From: Gekko japonicus
Lineage: Eukaryota
Assembly (NCBI RefSeq): GCF_001447785.1
Contig: NW_015163613.1
Coordinates: forward strand, 509,794-573,793
Reading direction: 5' to 3'
DNA: 64,000 nucleotides
Shown here: one piece after another, positions 13,601 through 26,384 of the stretch
How positions within the stretch are numbered: the stretch's first letter is position 1
Layout: each line of letters begins with the position of its first letter
Translations under genes and position numbers: made by a program
The notes under the pieces: generated by a model
The model's input: the letters and a program-made list of their open reading frames with translations, nothing else
Database searches by the model: none
Told to the model about the DNA's origin: nothing

Positions 13601-16600
13601 TAGTAGGACAGCTGTGGTTGATAATGGTTTCATTTATCTCATTTGTGTATGGATACCCCCCCAAAAAAATCATAATCTACATTTACTAAAAAAAACCTGC
13701 TTTATATGTCATGATTTTTAGCATTTATATTTATATCTGTGTCAGAAAACACATATGCCTTGAAACAAACAGATGGTTGTATGAGTGACTTTTCTGCCAT
13801 AGGTCCAGATTTTGTTCACCTCTTGCAATGACCGCTGATCTCTGCACCTGTGGTAGAAAATGCCCTGTACTGCTCTTTATATTCTTGCAAGTTTACTGTT
13901 AGATTACTGTGAATGGGTCTATTGCAATGGTTTTGCCTTAAAATGACACCTGATTAAAATTAGGGCAATTAACAACATAATGTTATAGTACAATCCTGAG
14001 CAGTTACTCCAGTCTAAGCCCCTTGAAATCAATAGATTTAGACTGGAGAAACTTTGCAAAGAATTACACTGTTAATGTGCTTTAATCAGACTATTTTAAA
14101 GAATTTAAGACTTCCTATTCCATGTCACTGTATCCAGTATCTTTTTTTCTCTTTTTCTCATTTGGAGGAAAAAGTCACTGTGCACAAAACGTTTTCGGAA
14201 TCCATATATATGTTGCATCAAACAGAGTTTAATACTGTGGTATGTTAAGTTTTTATGTACTAAAAACTGAAAAAGAAAAATAATATTGGAATCACTTGTA
14301 GTTCTTGCAACAAATGAGATCCCCCCTTTGGGGGGGGGGGGGCTTTTGGAACTCAGGTTAGTGTGCTTCTGAAAACAAAATGGAGTCAGGTGATTAAGAA
14401 TATTTCCTGAACAGGCTTTCAGTTTGCAGGGGTATGATTAGAGAAGAAGGCTTGGCAAATTTGTGTATGGGAAACAAAGTTGGCAGTTTTTGAAAAACAC
14501 AGAGAACAACAGATTTTGAGTTTCCTGAATATGAAGTGTATTGGGAGTAAGGTATCTCTGTGCTTCCTCTCATGTACCTTGCAGAAGTACACTTTGTTCC
14601 AGTTATGCTCTAGCTATATATTTATAAATAAAACAAGCATTACAAAAGCATTACAAAAAGAGCATTACAAAGTCTCTTGGATTTTCATTGCTTAGAGAAA
14701 AGACCAGTGTTTGGCAATATCAATTAAAAAAAAGACAAATCTTCAATTCCTGCACCAGTAGACTAGTTGGTATGGGATCAGGAGGAAAATTTCTTTCAAC
14801 ATGTTTCCCCAGCATCTTCTGCTGTAACAATATGCTGTGTTTATGTTTCGGAACTATTAATTCATAAAGGAAACTGACTCTTTGCTTTTGTAGAGACAAT
14901 AGGTCTAAAAGGATAGGCTAGTTTGTTGTGACAACACCTTCTCAGGCGTCTTGCAGTCTAGAACTCCATGTATTATACATGACAGCATTGACAAGTATGG
15001 ACCTTCCATTTGTCATGCAGAAGAATGTTTTGAAAACAAGATACATCCCTTGTCTGCTAATTGACTGAAATAAATATTTTAGTTTTATTGCAAATACAGT
15101 GGAGCTGGATTTAATGCATTTCACATACAGAGATTAAAGACAGGAGGGAATTGTGTTGTGAAGACAGAATTCAACATTTTCTTCCACAATAAAACTAGTC
15201 CATCAAATGTTTGGGGCAGTGTTTACTCATGTTTGGGCATGTGTTTACTCAAAGCTAGTTGTATGCCATGATCAAGTGTGAAGGAATAAAAGAAACATAG
15301 AAATTATATTGAGTGCAAAAATAAGCATTGTGATTTTGGAGAGATGAGGGCTAAAAAAGAAAAACTCTGGCCTTTATATATGTGAAAACAGGACTGAAAA
15401 TAGCTATTTAACATTTACTGAAATCATCTCTCTGGAGGAGTGGGGTTCAGGGTTTTGACTGTTCAAGAAGTGGGGGCTCAGTGCCTAGGTATTTAGCCCT
15501 CAATTGTTACCCAAATAGGTGGTCTCCTAATTAGTTGGAGGAATTAGCTTTAAGGAGACAGAGCAAGAGGGGTAACTGGGATTCTCCACCTATATTTACG
15601 GAAGATTTTCCCTTTAAGAGAACTCTCAAAATAAACCAGGCAGATGTTTAACCAGAAATGTTTTTGTTAAAAAGAGAAAGAATAAAACAAGATGCACACA
15701 ATAAACACACATACAAGAGCTAATGAAGAGAAACACAGAGAGGGGAGGGGAGAGAGATCTTAGGGAAGTCTCAAAGAAAGAGTGGAGATGGATTTAATGC
15801 ATTTCACATACAGAGATTAAAGACAGGAAAATTGTGATGTGAAGACATGATTCAACATTTTCTCCCACAATAAAACTAGTTCATCACATGTTTAGAGCAG
15901 TGTCTGCAGAAGCAACAATAGACCAGCATTTTGTGAGGAGAAGAGAGCCAAATGAAGTGGGAGTGTATGCAGAAGATCCAAGGTACGCACACAAACTCCA
16001 CCGGTGGCTGGGTGCTCTTGTTATAGGGCAAAATGCACCCTGGGGCACCTGACATATTCGCCCGAAAAACAATAACTTTATGGGTTTTCCTAAGGTGGAC
16101 AAAAAGGTGTGGGAAAAGCTTGATGACCCTGCAAGTACCAGATGGGAAAGCTAATGAGTTTGGTGAACAGAATTAAGATTGGTGCTTCATTGGTGCTTAA
16201 TTAGGGTAATTGGGCACAGTGGAAGTAAGGTTGGACTTGATGAGATTAGTCTAAGGGTGAGTCAATAGGTTTTGGGAGACCCATTGTTTTATAATTATGC
16301 ATCTTTCCATGGCATGGAGGCGATAGTAGACAGCTGCTTTGACTTGCCTGCTGAAATACTTTTCCAGGCTTGTTTCTGACTGGCATTTTGGGCCAGGCAG
16401 TGTCTTGCCTTATGATTTTTGAGATGACATTTTAAGAAGGGTGATATGGCTCTATAAGCTATAAAATTCCCCTCTGCGAGATGAGGGGTCTGACTGCTAA
16501 CACAATAAGCAGAAGTGGAATTAATTTTGTACATAAATGTATGTGTGCATATTTGCTTAATTTGTATAATCGATACAGGTAGCACATTTCTTTTAAAGCT

Positions 16601-17517
16601 CATACTGAATCCAGTTAATAAACATGGCTATACATGGATTTCCTAGAATTAAAGCAGAACTGTTAATGAAATCCCTTTATCTGAAGATACTGAAGACTGA
16701 AATTAAGAACAGTCTGGAAACAAACCACTGATCAGTTTATAGTTGAGCCATTCCAGACATTTAACTTTTCTCAGTGCACAATTTGGCTTTTAGAACAGGA
16801 GGGATGGAAATGATGGGTTAGTGATATGTTGCATATTGCAAAAAACAGGGAGCTCCTACATTGATGGAGGTAGGATCAAGGTATTTTAATGGGCCTTTAA
16901 CAGGTATGTAAACAATAAATCTAAAGGATATTCCAATCATACATAATAGGTGATAGTAAATAAATTAGTGTAGTATAAGAATATGAAAACAACCATGCTA
17001 GAACAGACTAATGGTCTATGTAGGCTTCCAAAGGACATGAAAACCGAAGCCCTGCTACTCAGAAGTTTACTCAGAAGGTTACAGAGGTTTGATTTAGTCA
17101 TCATGGCTAACAGTCATTGATGGACCTAACCTCCATGAAGCTTTCTAAGCCCCTTTTAAAGCCAACTAAGCTAGTGATCTTTGTTTTAAAATGCCCTCTT
17201 GAATATTATTATTTTGTGCATTCTGAAGAAAGATAGAATGGTGGGAGCCTTCCTGACCTTCCCAGGCAGGCCATCCCACAAAGTAGGGGCGACCACTGTA
17301 AATGCATGTGAATGGGCAGCTGCCAATTTTACCCATTTTCAGGGTGGCACCCTTTAGAAGACTTTAGTCAGATAAGCGAAGCTGTTGCAGAACAGCATAG
17401 TGGGAGAGGCGGCCTTGCAGGTATGTGGGTCCAGGACTATTAAGGGCATTATAGGTGACAACCAGAACTTTGAATTGAATTCCATAACTGATGGATAACC
17501 AATGGGGTGTCTGCAGA

Positions 17518-17699
17518 ATGGGCTCTTTTTGTAGCAGGAACTCCTTTACATATTAGGCGACACATCCCTAATGTAGCCAATCCTCCAGGAGCTTACAGTA
17601 GCCCCTGTAAGAAGAGCTCTGTAAGCTCTTGGAGGATTGGCTACATCAGGGGTGTGTCACCTAATATGCAAAGGAGTTCCTGCTACAAAAAGAGCCCAT
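17518..17699. mobile_element. Fold-back (near-palindromic) MITE
   Basis: Arms ATGGGCTCTTTTTGTAGCAGGAACTCCTTT... and ...AAAGGAGTTCCTGCTACAAAAAGAGCCCAT pair over about 80 bp. Confidence 0.85.
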
Positions 17700-20600
17700 G
17701 TTCCACCTGGTTATACAATAATTCAATTTTTAAATTTAGCATAATAACTATTGTTGCAAGGAATTTATGAAGTACTTCAGTTATTAGGATTGTCATATTC
17801 TATAACCAACATTAGCTGTTAACTGGCATTTACATACATTGATGAACAATGTCTAACATAAAGATGTTTGTATCTACATATATACCTGATGTAATTTAAA
17901 GGATTTCCAACCTGCCTCCATCACCCCCCAAAATGTGTATATAGATCTTTCATTCTGTGTATAGGAGTCCCTCCCCCTTTTTTCTTTCCTTCCTTTATTT
18001 TCAACGTACAGTGGGTCCTTCAGATCACTTACTCTCCCAGTTTCCCATTTGTTGAGCCCAGTACTTCTCCCATCCTCTCCATCTCCCCATCCCAATGTTT
18101 GATTTCTGTACTGTGAAAAAATCTTGTTGAAAACACTATATAAATAAATGAAAACTCAGACTAATATGAAATATGTCATTAATTTAATATTGGGACATTA
18201 TGAGCCAGAAATGAACCATCTTGATATGTAGAATTTATCAAGGGATTTCCCCCCAACTGGGCTTTAAAGATTTAGTCATAAATTCAGAATCTAGGAAGAA
18301 AGCAGTATATAATGTAGATCCCCATTTATTTCTACCTCATAGATGCACAAGACAATTTTTTCCTGCCTGGTCTGGAGCTAATATTCTTCCAAAATTCTTG
18401 TGAGGAATGTTGAGGCAATGGAAATTTAAATATACTGTAAGTCAAGTCACAAAAATAGTTATCCAATTTATCTACATACATCATAGAATGAAAGAAGAAG
18501 CCAGAATTAGTGGAATAAAGCAATGTCCTATGTCTAGTCTTAATAAGTAACTTAACATTTAATAAATCCTATGGGAAATTCACAACCAGCAAATGTGAAT
18601 CCCCCTATCATGTCTCTCTATAGAGGTATTCTATCACATTAATTCCATTTTAATTGCCTTTGTCAAACTGGGTTTCATCAGGACTACAAATGTTTTTCTC
18701 CCATCTTTTGACCTTTAAGGATTTAAAAACAATGTTTGAAAGAAATATTTCTTTAATAAGTAAATCCAGGATGTGGCATTTCTACATAGGACAATTATAT
18801 AGAGAATCTAGATGCTAGTATCTTCTAAAACAGTTTACTTCTATGCATACATGTTCACTTATGTGAGGTTCAAGAGTTCTACTGTGACCTGAAAGCAAAC
18901 TTTTACAGAATCCCAAGGTACAGCACACAATCATCTTCTTTCAAGAAGTAAGTCACAGAAACTTTTAACACAGTGGATGACATTTACAACCTACACTTCT
19001 ATCACCTGAAGAAATTGCAGTATTAACCCAGTTGCTGAAGGGAATAATGACTTTTAACCTAGTAATAGAAGGTTATGGTCTTCAACCCATGATTCCATCA
19101 CCCTGGAGGATGAACAATTTAACCTCTTATCCTGTCCTTCGAGAATATAACCTCTTCAGCTTTACATACTTTGCCAGTTCAAAGATGACCTTTACTTAGT
19201 TTCTCATCTTTCATAGGATAAATCAGTCATTTAATTAATTGTTTAAAAGGTCATTTTTGTGGCCAAATACTGAAAATACTATGTTCACTAAGCTGCATAA
19301 AGCAGTACAGAAAATCAGACACTTCTGCCCAAGCATAGATAAGTGGAGATGGAGAGGCGGTATGGTGGACTCAGACCAAGAAGAAGTAGCATCCAACTTG
19401 ATCCTAACCATAACGACTACCCCGAGTCCCATGAAAATAGACTGGGATAGAAACAGGATGAATCCAGCAACTCTGTCAGTGCCTTGGTGGCCATTTGGTC
19501 TGACCCTTCATAGACAATGGTAATTGGTGTCAGCTCAACAGTTATTTCTTCTAACACTGTTGCCAGTTTGCAAAAGGAAGCAATGAACAAGCTAATGTCC
19601 ATTGTTGGCAGTGCTGAACTGAGTGACCTTTACAGCATTAGCTTGTAGCACTTCAGGAACCACTCAGCTTCACATGCGCCAGGGCCATTTTCACTTCCTA
19701 GTCTACTCCTGGGTGCCATGCTTTCAATTTGTACATCTTCCAACCTATGGAAAGCACCACTGTTATTTCACAATGCATCCAGAAGATCAGTATAAACTGT
19801 ATTGGGGGGAAGAATGTGGCCACACTTGGAAGCATCTTGAGTTGCTCTCACACTTTCATGGGAGCTAAATCTTTCAATAAATCAAATCAGCTTTCTTTAA
19901 GAGTTAAATGCCATTTCACACAACTCTGGTCTGAAGAAACATTTTATAATAAATGGTGCTGAAAGAATACCAGGGTCACTGTGTAGTCCCATACAATGTT
20001 ATTATTCACATGCATATATGATGGTTTACAAAAGACAGACCTTGTCTGTCTTGATTTGAAGGGGTTTCTGCTAACTGGACAATGGAGGTAAATGGATTTC
20101 AGCTTGTATGCTATTTCTTGTTAGCCATGATTTAAAGTCCTCTGTCTCTGTCCGTTATGGCATATTTAGACTTCCTTATAGGCCTCAAAGGGGCCACAAG
20201 CTTTTTTGTTTCTGAAATGTATACCTTGTTACTGTAGTCGAAGCCATTTTTGTTGCTGTAATTTCATCCTGCTAACAGTTGTAGTTAAATATTCACTTCC
20301 TTCAGAGACAGACTCCAATTATTAAAGATTATGAATAAGACTGCTATTTGGTTGGTTTTTTCTCTCCCTGTGACCTACTAGTTAATTATTCATAGCTATC
20401 TTTCCTTTAGAAATAATATTTCATACTTTCAGTGCATTCCTAAGAACAATTGCTTAGAAATAAACCTCATTAAATCAAATGGTGTTTTCTTCTCCATAGA
20501 CCTGCTTCGGATGACTCCCTTACTGTGGTTTAAAGGGATACCTTTCATGTTTCTTCAGTACTCTATGTATATCTAACTATATAAAGAAAAAGAACAAGCA

Positions 20601-21054
20601 GCCTACTTGATTTTTTTTTAAACCCCGAAGGAATATTTTTATTTTTGCATTTGCCCCCCCAGCCAGAATAATGAGACAGACAACGGTTTGGAATTAAACA
20701 AGGGCCACTTTATTAACTACAAGTAGAGACCCGCAAGAAACTTGGGGAATGGTTATCCTATTCCTCACACCTTTGCTTCCTCCTGTCTCCCTCTACCTCT
20801 CTCACACTCTTTCTCCCTTCTGCCCCCCCTTTTCTTTTTCTCCTCCAGCTATGGCATTATACTGATCTGTAGTTCCTTCCCTCCTCAAATCCCACCCTCC
20901 CCAGGCTCCACCCCACAAATGTCCAGGAATTTCCCAACCTGGAGTTGGCAACACAATTTCCTTCCCACCCAACAGCCAACCTACCTTTATCTGCCTCTCT
21001 GTCTGCAACTTTCCATCTCCACACCCCTCCCCCACAGCCTCTACCTAGGAAAAT

Positions 21055-21260
21055 TACAGTCTTTCTCCACAGTGGGAACCAAAGCAGCTTACATTATTCT
21101 CTCCTCCTTTTTATCTGCACAACAACCCTGTGAGGTGGGCTAGGCTGAATGTATGTGACTGGTCCAAAATAACCCAGTCAGCTTCCACCGCAAGATGGGG
21201 ATCTGAACCTGGGTCTCGCAGACCCTAATCTGAAGCTCTAACCAATGCACCGCACCGGCT
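21055..21260 (-). mobile_element. tRNA-derived SINE (Squam3-like), degraded
   Basis: ACAACAACCCTGTGAGGT...GGGGATCTGAACCTGGGTCTC, which is a reverse B box plus SINE body. Confidence 0.65.
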
Positions 21261-21354
21261 TTCATAGGGTGGCTGCTGATGAACAGTAGCAAGCAGCTGG
21301 GCCTACTTGAGTCATGCAAATCAGGTGGTATCAAGTCACCCAGAGGGTGCTGCC

Positions 21355-21602
21355 GAGGGATGCCAGCCTCCAGGTGGGACCTGGGGATCCCCTGTAATTC
21401 CTGCTCATTTCCAGACTACAGAGATAACTTCCCATGGAGAAAATGGATGCTTTGGAGGGTGGACTCTGTGACATTGTACCCCACTGAGGTCCCTGTCCTC
21501 CCCAGGCTCCTCCCGCAAATCTCCAGGAGTTTCCCAGCCTGGACCTGGCAACCTTATCCAGAATCCCCTGTCGGTGGCCAGGGGGGGAACCTGGCAACCC
21601 TA
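21355..21602. mobile_element. TAGGGTTGCC-family hAT MITE (other pieces at ~20880-20952, 46070-46130, 51143-51882)
   Basis: CTGGCAACCCTA terminus and a shared CAAATCTCCAGGA.TTTCCCA internal block. Confidence 0.7.
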
Positions 21603-21652
21603 AAGTGCTGGCAGGCCTAGGCTTGGCAACCTCTAAGGGGGGCCTGAAGGAA

Positions 21653-22007
21653 NNNNNNNNNNNNNNNNNNNNNNNNNNNNNNNNNNNNNNNNNNNNNNNN
21701 NNNNNNNNNNNNNNNNNNNNNNNNNNNNNNNNNNNNNNNNNNNNNNNNNNNNNNNNNNNNNNNNNNNNNNNNNNNNNNNNNNNNNNNNNNNNNNNNNNNN
21801 NNNNNNNNNNNNNNNNNNNNNNNNNNNNNNNNNNNNNNNNNNNNNNNNNNNNNNNNNNNNNNNNNNNNNNNNNNNNNNNNNNNNNNNNNNNNNNNNNNNN
21901 NNNNNNNNNNNNNNNNNNNNNNNNNNNNNNNNNNNNNNNNNNNNNNNNNNNNNNNNNNNNNNNNNNNNNNNNNNNNNNNNNNNNNNNNNNNNNNNNNNNN
22001 NNNNNNN
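21653..22007. other. Assembly gap (355 N)
   Basis: Run of N. Confidence 1.
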
Positions 22008-22614
22008 GTGAGCCATTTACTCTCTGGCTCGTGACCAGCAGCCCAGCAACTGGTTGCCTCCTAGGAGCGCCTACCCCTGAAGCCTTCCAACCTGCAGGGA
22101 GGAGCCTGACCTAAAAGGTTCCCAGTGGAGGTGATCACCATTCCCCACCCAGGACCCTGAAATCTGAAGGCAGTTCCTGATGACCACCTGTTCCCCAAAC
22201 GGGATATGCCAAAAGGTGCTCACCAGTTCCGTTTTGCTTGCACAAACCTGCCAAGTGACCAACCTACTTAATGCCGTCCACCATAACATCCTTTAAACCA
22301 CTGTCCTCAGTGCAAGGTAGGTGAAAACACCTCCACCCGTTCAGCCAATCTGGGTGAAAACGAAAAATTCCTACCTGGCCCCAAATGGCGACCAGCCACA
22401 GCCTGTACTAATAAACAGGGCGGGAGGGTGGGCGAGCACACGGAGCAACTGACAGAGGGCGGGAGTGGAGCCTGGCCCTTTGCATTGGCCGGCTCCTCCC
22501 CCCGCAGCATCAGGACGCATAGCATCCTCTACGTTGCCGTCTCCCTTCTTCGGAGTGGCAAAAGAGTCCCCACCCACCAGCGGCGTTGCCGGGCGGGCGG
22601 GAGCTCCATAAACT

Positions 22615-24425
22615 ACAAAACTACAAAGAAAATATTGGGAAGGGTACTACATCTAGGGATAAAGGAAAGATAACCACACTAAACTAAAAAATATTGGGAA
22701 GGGTACTACATCTAGGGATAAAGGAAAGATAACCACACTAAACTAAAACCCCAAGAGGAGGAGATCTTATCCCTGTTAGTGTAAATGTTAATACTATAAG
22801 TGTTAGAATCACAATATACTTGTAGAGTTCTTGTTTATCTTATCTTCAATATTTATATGTTAATATGTTAGTTGTTATGAGAGAACTTTTTGATCATCTT
22901 CTTGTTCTTCACTTCAAAAGGCTATTTTCCAAGTCCTTCTGCCTTTACTTCGGCTTTCTGTCTCTAAAGTCATATACAACCCTGGCAGCACCTGCTCCTG
23001 TTTCAGCAGCAGAGTCCTCTTCCGTTCCAGAGGTGGCAGAGTCACTAGATTTCGTTTCTTCCTCCTTGGACTCTTCCTCCATTCCCAGCTGACGCCACAA
23101 AAACTCTTTAGCTTTGAAAGTGGAGTCTATCTTCTCTCTTTTATCGCTTATCTTAAAGATGACACCCTCCGGGATCGCCCACCTGTATGATATTCCATTA
23201 GTTTGAAGGAAAGAAATTAAATCCTTATAATTTTTCCTCTTTTGTCGAATTTCAAATGGAATGTCTTTTAAAGTTTTGATAGTTATATTTCCCATTTCCA
23301 GTGGAATTGCTGATGTCGCTTTTAAAATGACATCTCTGGTCTGTCTTCTTGAGAATCTGATCACAATTTCTCCAGGCAGGCTATTTTTTTAATATAGTTG
23401 GAGTATGCCCTGTAGGCTATCTCCATTTCTTTTATGAGCTCATCCGCTGTTAAGCCTGTTACTGGAGTGATGATCTCGCTAAGCAACTTCCTCAGGTCCT
23501 CTTTCTCTGTTTCAGGAACTCCCTGGAACCTGAGAATCATGTTAGCTTTTTCCATCTGTAATTGCAGCAAACGGCTTTCTTGGAAGTTCTGCTTTGTTTC
23601 CACTTCTCCCATTCTTTTCTTCAATTTCTTGCTTGTGGTGTCTATCTCTTTAATTTTCTCAGTTGCCTGCTCCTCTTTCTTCTCCGTTTCTTTCAGCTGG
23701 AGCTGCTGAGATGCAAAGTTCTTATTCATCACGGTCAATTGCTGGTTAATACCATCAAGTTGTTCCATCACCGGCTTAAGCATATCCGCTAACATTTTAA
23801 TGACGTCTGCTCCCTCTTTCAGTTTAGGGCTCTGACTGCCCGGCGGTTTCGTTTTCAGCTTTCTCTGCTGGGCCGCCATTTTCTCCAATTTGTTTACAGT
23901 TTCTAATGTTTCTTCCCAACTCGAGAAATTCGCCCCATGATGTCGATAGTCAAGTAAGTCTCTCAAAACACTCATGTGTTACCTCCCCTCTCCCCCTTCG
24001 TGTCGTTTATCGGTTCATTTGCATAAGAGGCGTCCCTCTTTGTGTCCACTCTTATCAGCGGGGGGCCCCCACTTTTTCAGTAAACTGGTTTATTCTGAAC
24101 TCACGTTAATTGTCGGTCAGTTTCTCTGACCTCGCTCACTTTAAACGCCATTCTGCTCAATCTCCAGTGCTTGTCCCGGTCAAACCAGCTAGTGGTCGAA
24201 GGCCACACAGTGACTGGACCGACAGGGTGGAGGGGAGCCTCAATTCTCCAGCATTATGCCATCAAAGAAGCTACCCCTCAAAAGCCCTCTGGCCTGGAGC
24301 CTATAGCAAAGGCTCCGTGGGGGTGTCACTTGAGGTGGCACCCCTCAAAGCCGCTGGTGTGCGGATCACTCTCCCGCAGTCCGGGGAGAGCGTCCGCCAT
24401 CGCTGCTTCATAAACTGGAAGTCCA
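22615..24425 (-). mobile_element. L1-clade LINE 5' portion: 5'UTR, frameshifted ORF1 (~23975-22945) and inter-ORF spacer; no ORF2
   Basis: The minus strand begins GGACTTCCAG...GATGGCGG, typical of an L1 5' end with a YY1-like site. Coiled coil followed by ILRFQGVPETEKEDL and YRWAIPEGVIF (ORF1p RRM/CTD-like). Confidence 0.8.
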
Positions 24426-24874
24426 GCCTACTTGATTTTGTGCATTTTAAGAGCAAATAAATTATTTTGAATATATGCAGATCAAAAGCGGAGCTAGTAC
24501 CTATCAGTCAGCATTTTCTATTTTTAAAATGTGTTAATATATCCACATTCTGAATTCTTTTTTTGTTTGTTTTACCCTATATTTTGAAGGTCAGCACAGA
24601 TCTGCATCAAGTCTAAAACAATTCCCAAAAGTGTAATGACACATAAACAAGATTATAACTCCAAGCTTCTGCTCCTGAATAACTGAGTAACCCACTGAAT
24701 AACTGAGAAGGAAATATTCTCCTGTTCCTAGAAGCAATACTCCTTTTTCTGTTTGGATAGACTGGCAGCTTCAACCCACTGAACAATCCCTCTTGCCAAA
24801 AATGACCCCAGTTCTTGACACAGTGAAATAAACAGTTTTCAGTTTGGCTAAAACGTAGACTAAAATTCTTATTT

Positions 24875-25224
24875 GGAACTTTTCCTCCCCCCTGGCTCAA
24901 GTGGCGAGTATGCGCTGAACTCATCTTCCCCCCTGCCTCAGGCACCACCGATCTCCTTCCCCCCTCCACTCTGGCGGCGAGGTTCAAGTGGCTTCCAGCT
25001 GCCGGCCCGCCAGTTCTCAGAGCATTCTCTGCGCATGTGCAGGGAACGCTCTTTTAATTTTTACTTTTTAGGTAATTCAAATATTTTTCCAACTTTTCAT
25101 ATTTTTCTGCACACCTGGGCATTGCCCCACGTGTGCAGGAAAATCTCCCTGCCCCCCCAGGTGCCCCCGATGTGCAGATTTAGATATCCGCACACAGGGG
25201 GCGGCTTCGCTATTAGTATATAGA
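24875..25224 (-). mobile_element. Possible Helitron-like non-autonomous fragment (5' end)
   Basis: The minus strand begins A|TCTATATACTAATAG and the body is GC-rich. No CTAG 3' end was found. Confidence 0.35.
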
Positions 25225-25540
25225 TGTTATTTGTATCATATTAGAACGGTGTATCTGCATATGAACTTCAAAAACACAACTGAAATTATGGAATAAGTTA
25301 TATTTCTAATTACTGTTTATCTAGCACTTAACAATATACTAAGATCAGTATCTGATATAGCAGGTGAGGCAGACTGTCAAGGGTTATCGTTCTAACAGAG
25401 TCTGAGAACCTTTGAGTGACAGGCTGTTCAAATGGAATTCTGTGGAGAGAGTCAGTTAAGAAGTGACAGTTGGGAACTGACAGTTGAAGAAGTGACAGTT
25501 TAGCACTGACGGCAAACTGGGAAATAGTCTGAAGGACTAT

Positions 25541-25839
25541 TGTCACACCCCCTGACATCACCGGAAGTCTGTCAGAAGGGAACACCCACCGCTCAGGCTC
25601 CACTGGACTGTTTTGGATTGCTAGCTGGGGGGGGGCGGCGCACAGATCTGCCCTCACAAAGGAGGGAGAGCTTGTACCTGAAGGGGGGGCTCTGCTACTT
25701 ACCTGGCTGCTTCATGCTCATTGTGGCCCAACTGAGGGCTGCTGGGAGCAGGGGGCGGGGCTTGTTGCATGTGCCTGCCCCCTGAGCTCCTTACTGCCAG
25801 AGCTCCACTCCTGTGCACTCCTGCAGGAAATGACCCCTG
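25541..25839. mobile_element. One-ended copy of the same hAT MITE
   Basis: Colinear with 38117-38461; only the right TIR AAATGACCCCTG remains. Confidence 0.8.
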
Positions 25840-25886
25840 ATCACAGTAGATCCCCATTCAAGCCAAAAAGGGACAGAGCTTCTAGT

Positions 25887-26334
25887 TGTCAGCGAGCTGC
25901 CATTGAGTGCTGTGTAACCTGGCAGCCTTTTGGCTGCGATTCCCCTCCCTTCCCCCCTTCTGGTAGTTCCTTTCACTTCTCTGTAACTTAGGTCTGCTTG
26001 CTGCTACAGATAATGCCCAAGGTCGACAGCTGGAGGTGGGAAGGAGTTTTGGCGTTGCTTCGCTTATTATGTATTCTTTGCCTGAGAACTGAGCTTTTGT
26101 TTATAATATGGACCGTTGTGTTCCCAAGGGATGAGGCGCTCATTTAACCTGCTTTCCCGCACGCGGGAAGTGGACCCATTGGTCAAGACCTGGTTCAAGT
26201 TCGTTTATTATGTTGCCCCTCAGTGCCTGTAGTTATTCCTAACAATTCTTGTGTTCCTGTTTGCTCCATCGCTTTGTAATAAAATTCTACTTTGCTTCAA
26301 ACGTGGATTTATTCGAATGCTTGGGGATCGGACA
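25887..26334 (+). repeat. 5' LTR (448 bp)
   Basis: TGTCAGCGAG...TCGGACA; AATAAA at 26278-26283; direct repeat of 31439-31874. Confidence 0.96.
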
Positions 26335-26336
26335 TT

Positions 26337-26347
26337 TTGTTAGGAAT
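26337..26347 (+). promoter_or_regulatory. Self-priming primer-binding site TTGTTAGGAAT
   Basis: Exact reverse complement of ATTCCTAACAA inside the LTR (26235-26245). There is no TGG start as a tRNA PBS would need. Confidence 0.8.
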
Positions 26348-26384
26348 CCACCTTTCTTCATCACTCCGAATCTGATATTGCATC

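Noticed and set aside
21605-22114. ORFs spanning the N run
   Set aside because: Artefacts of the assembly gap.
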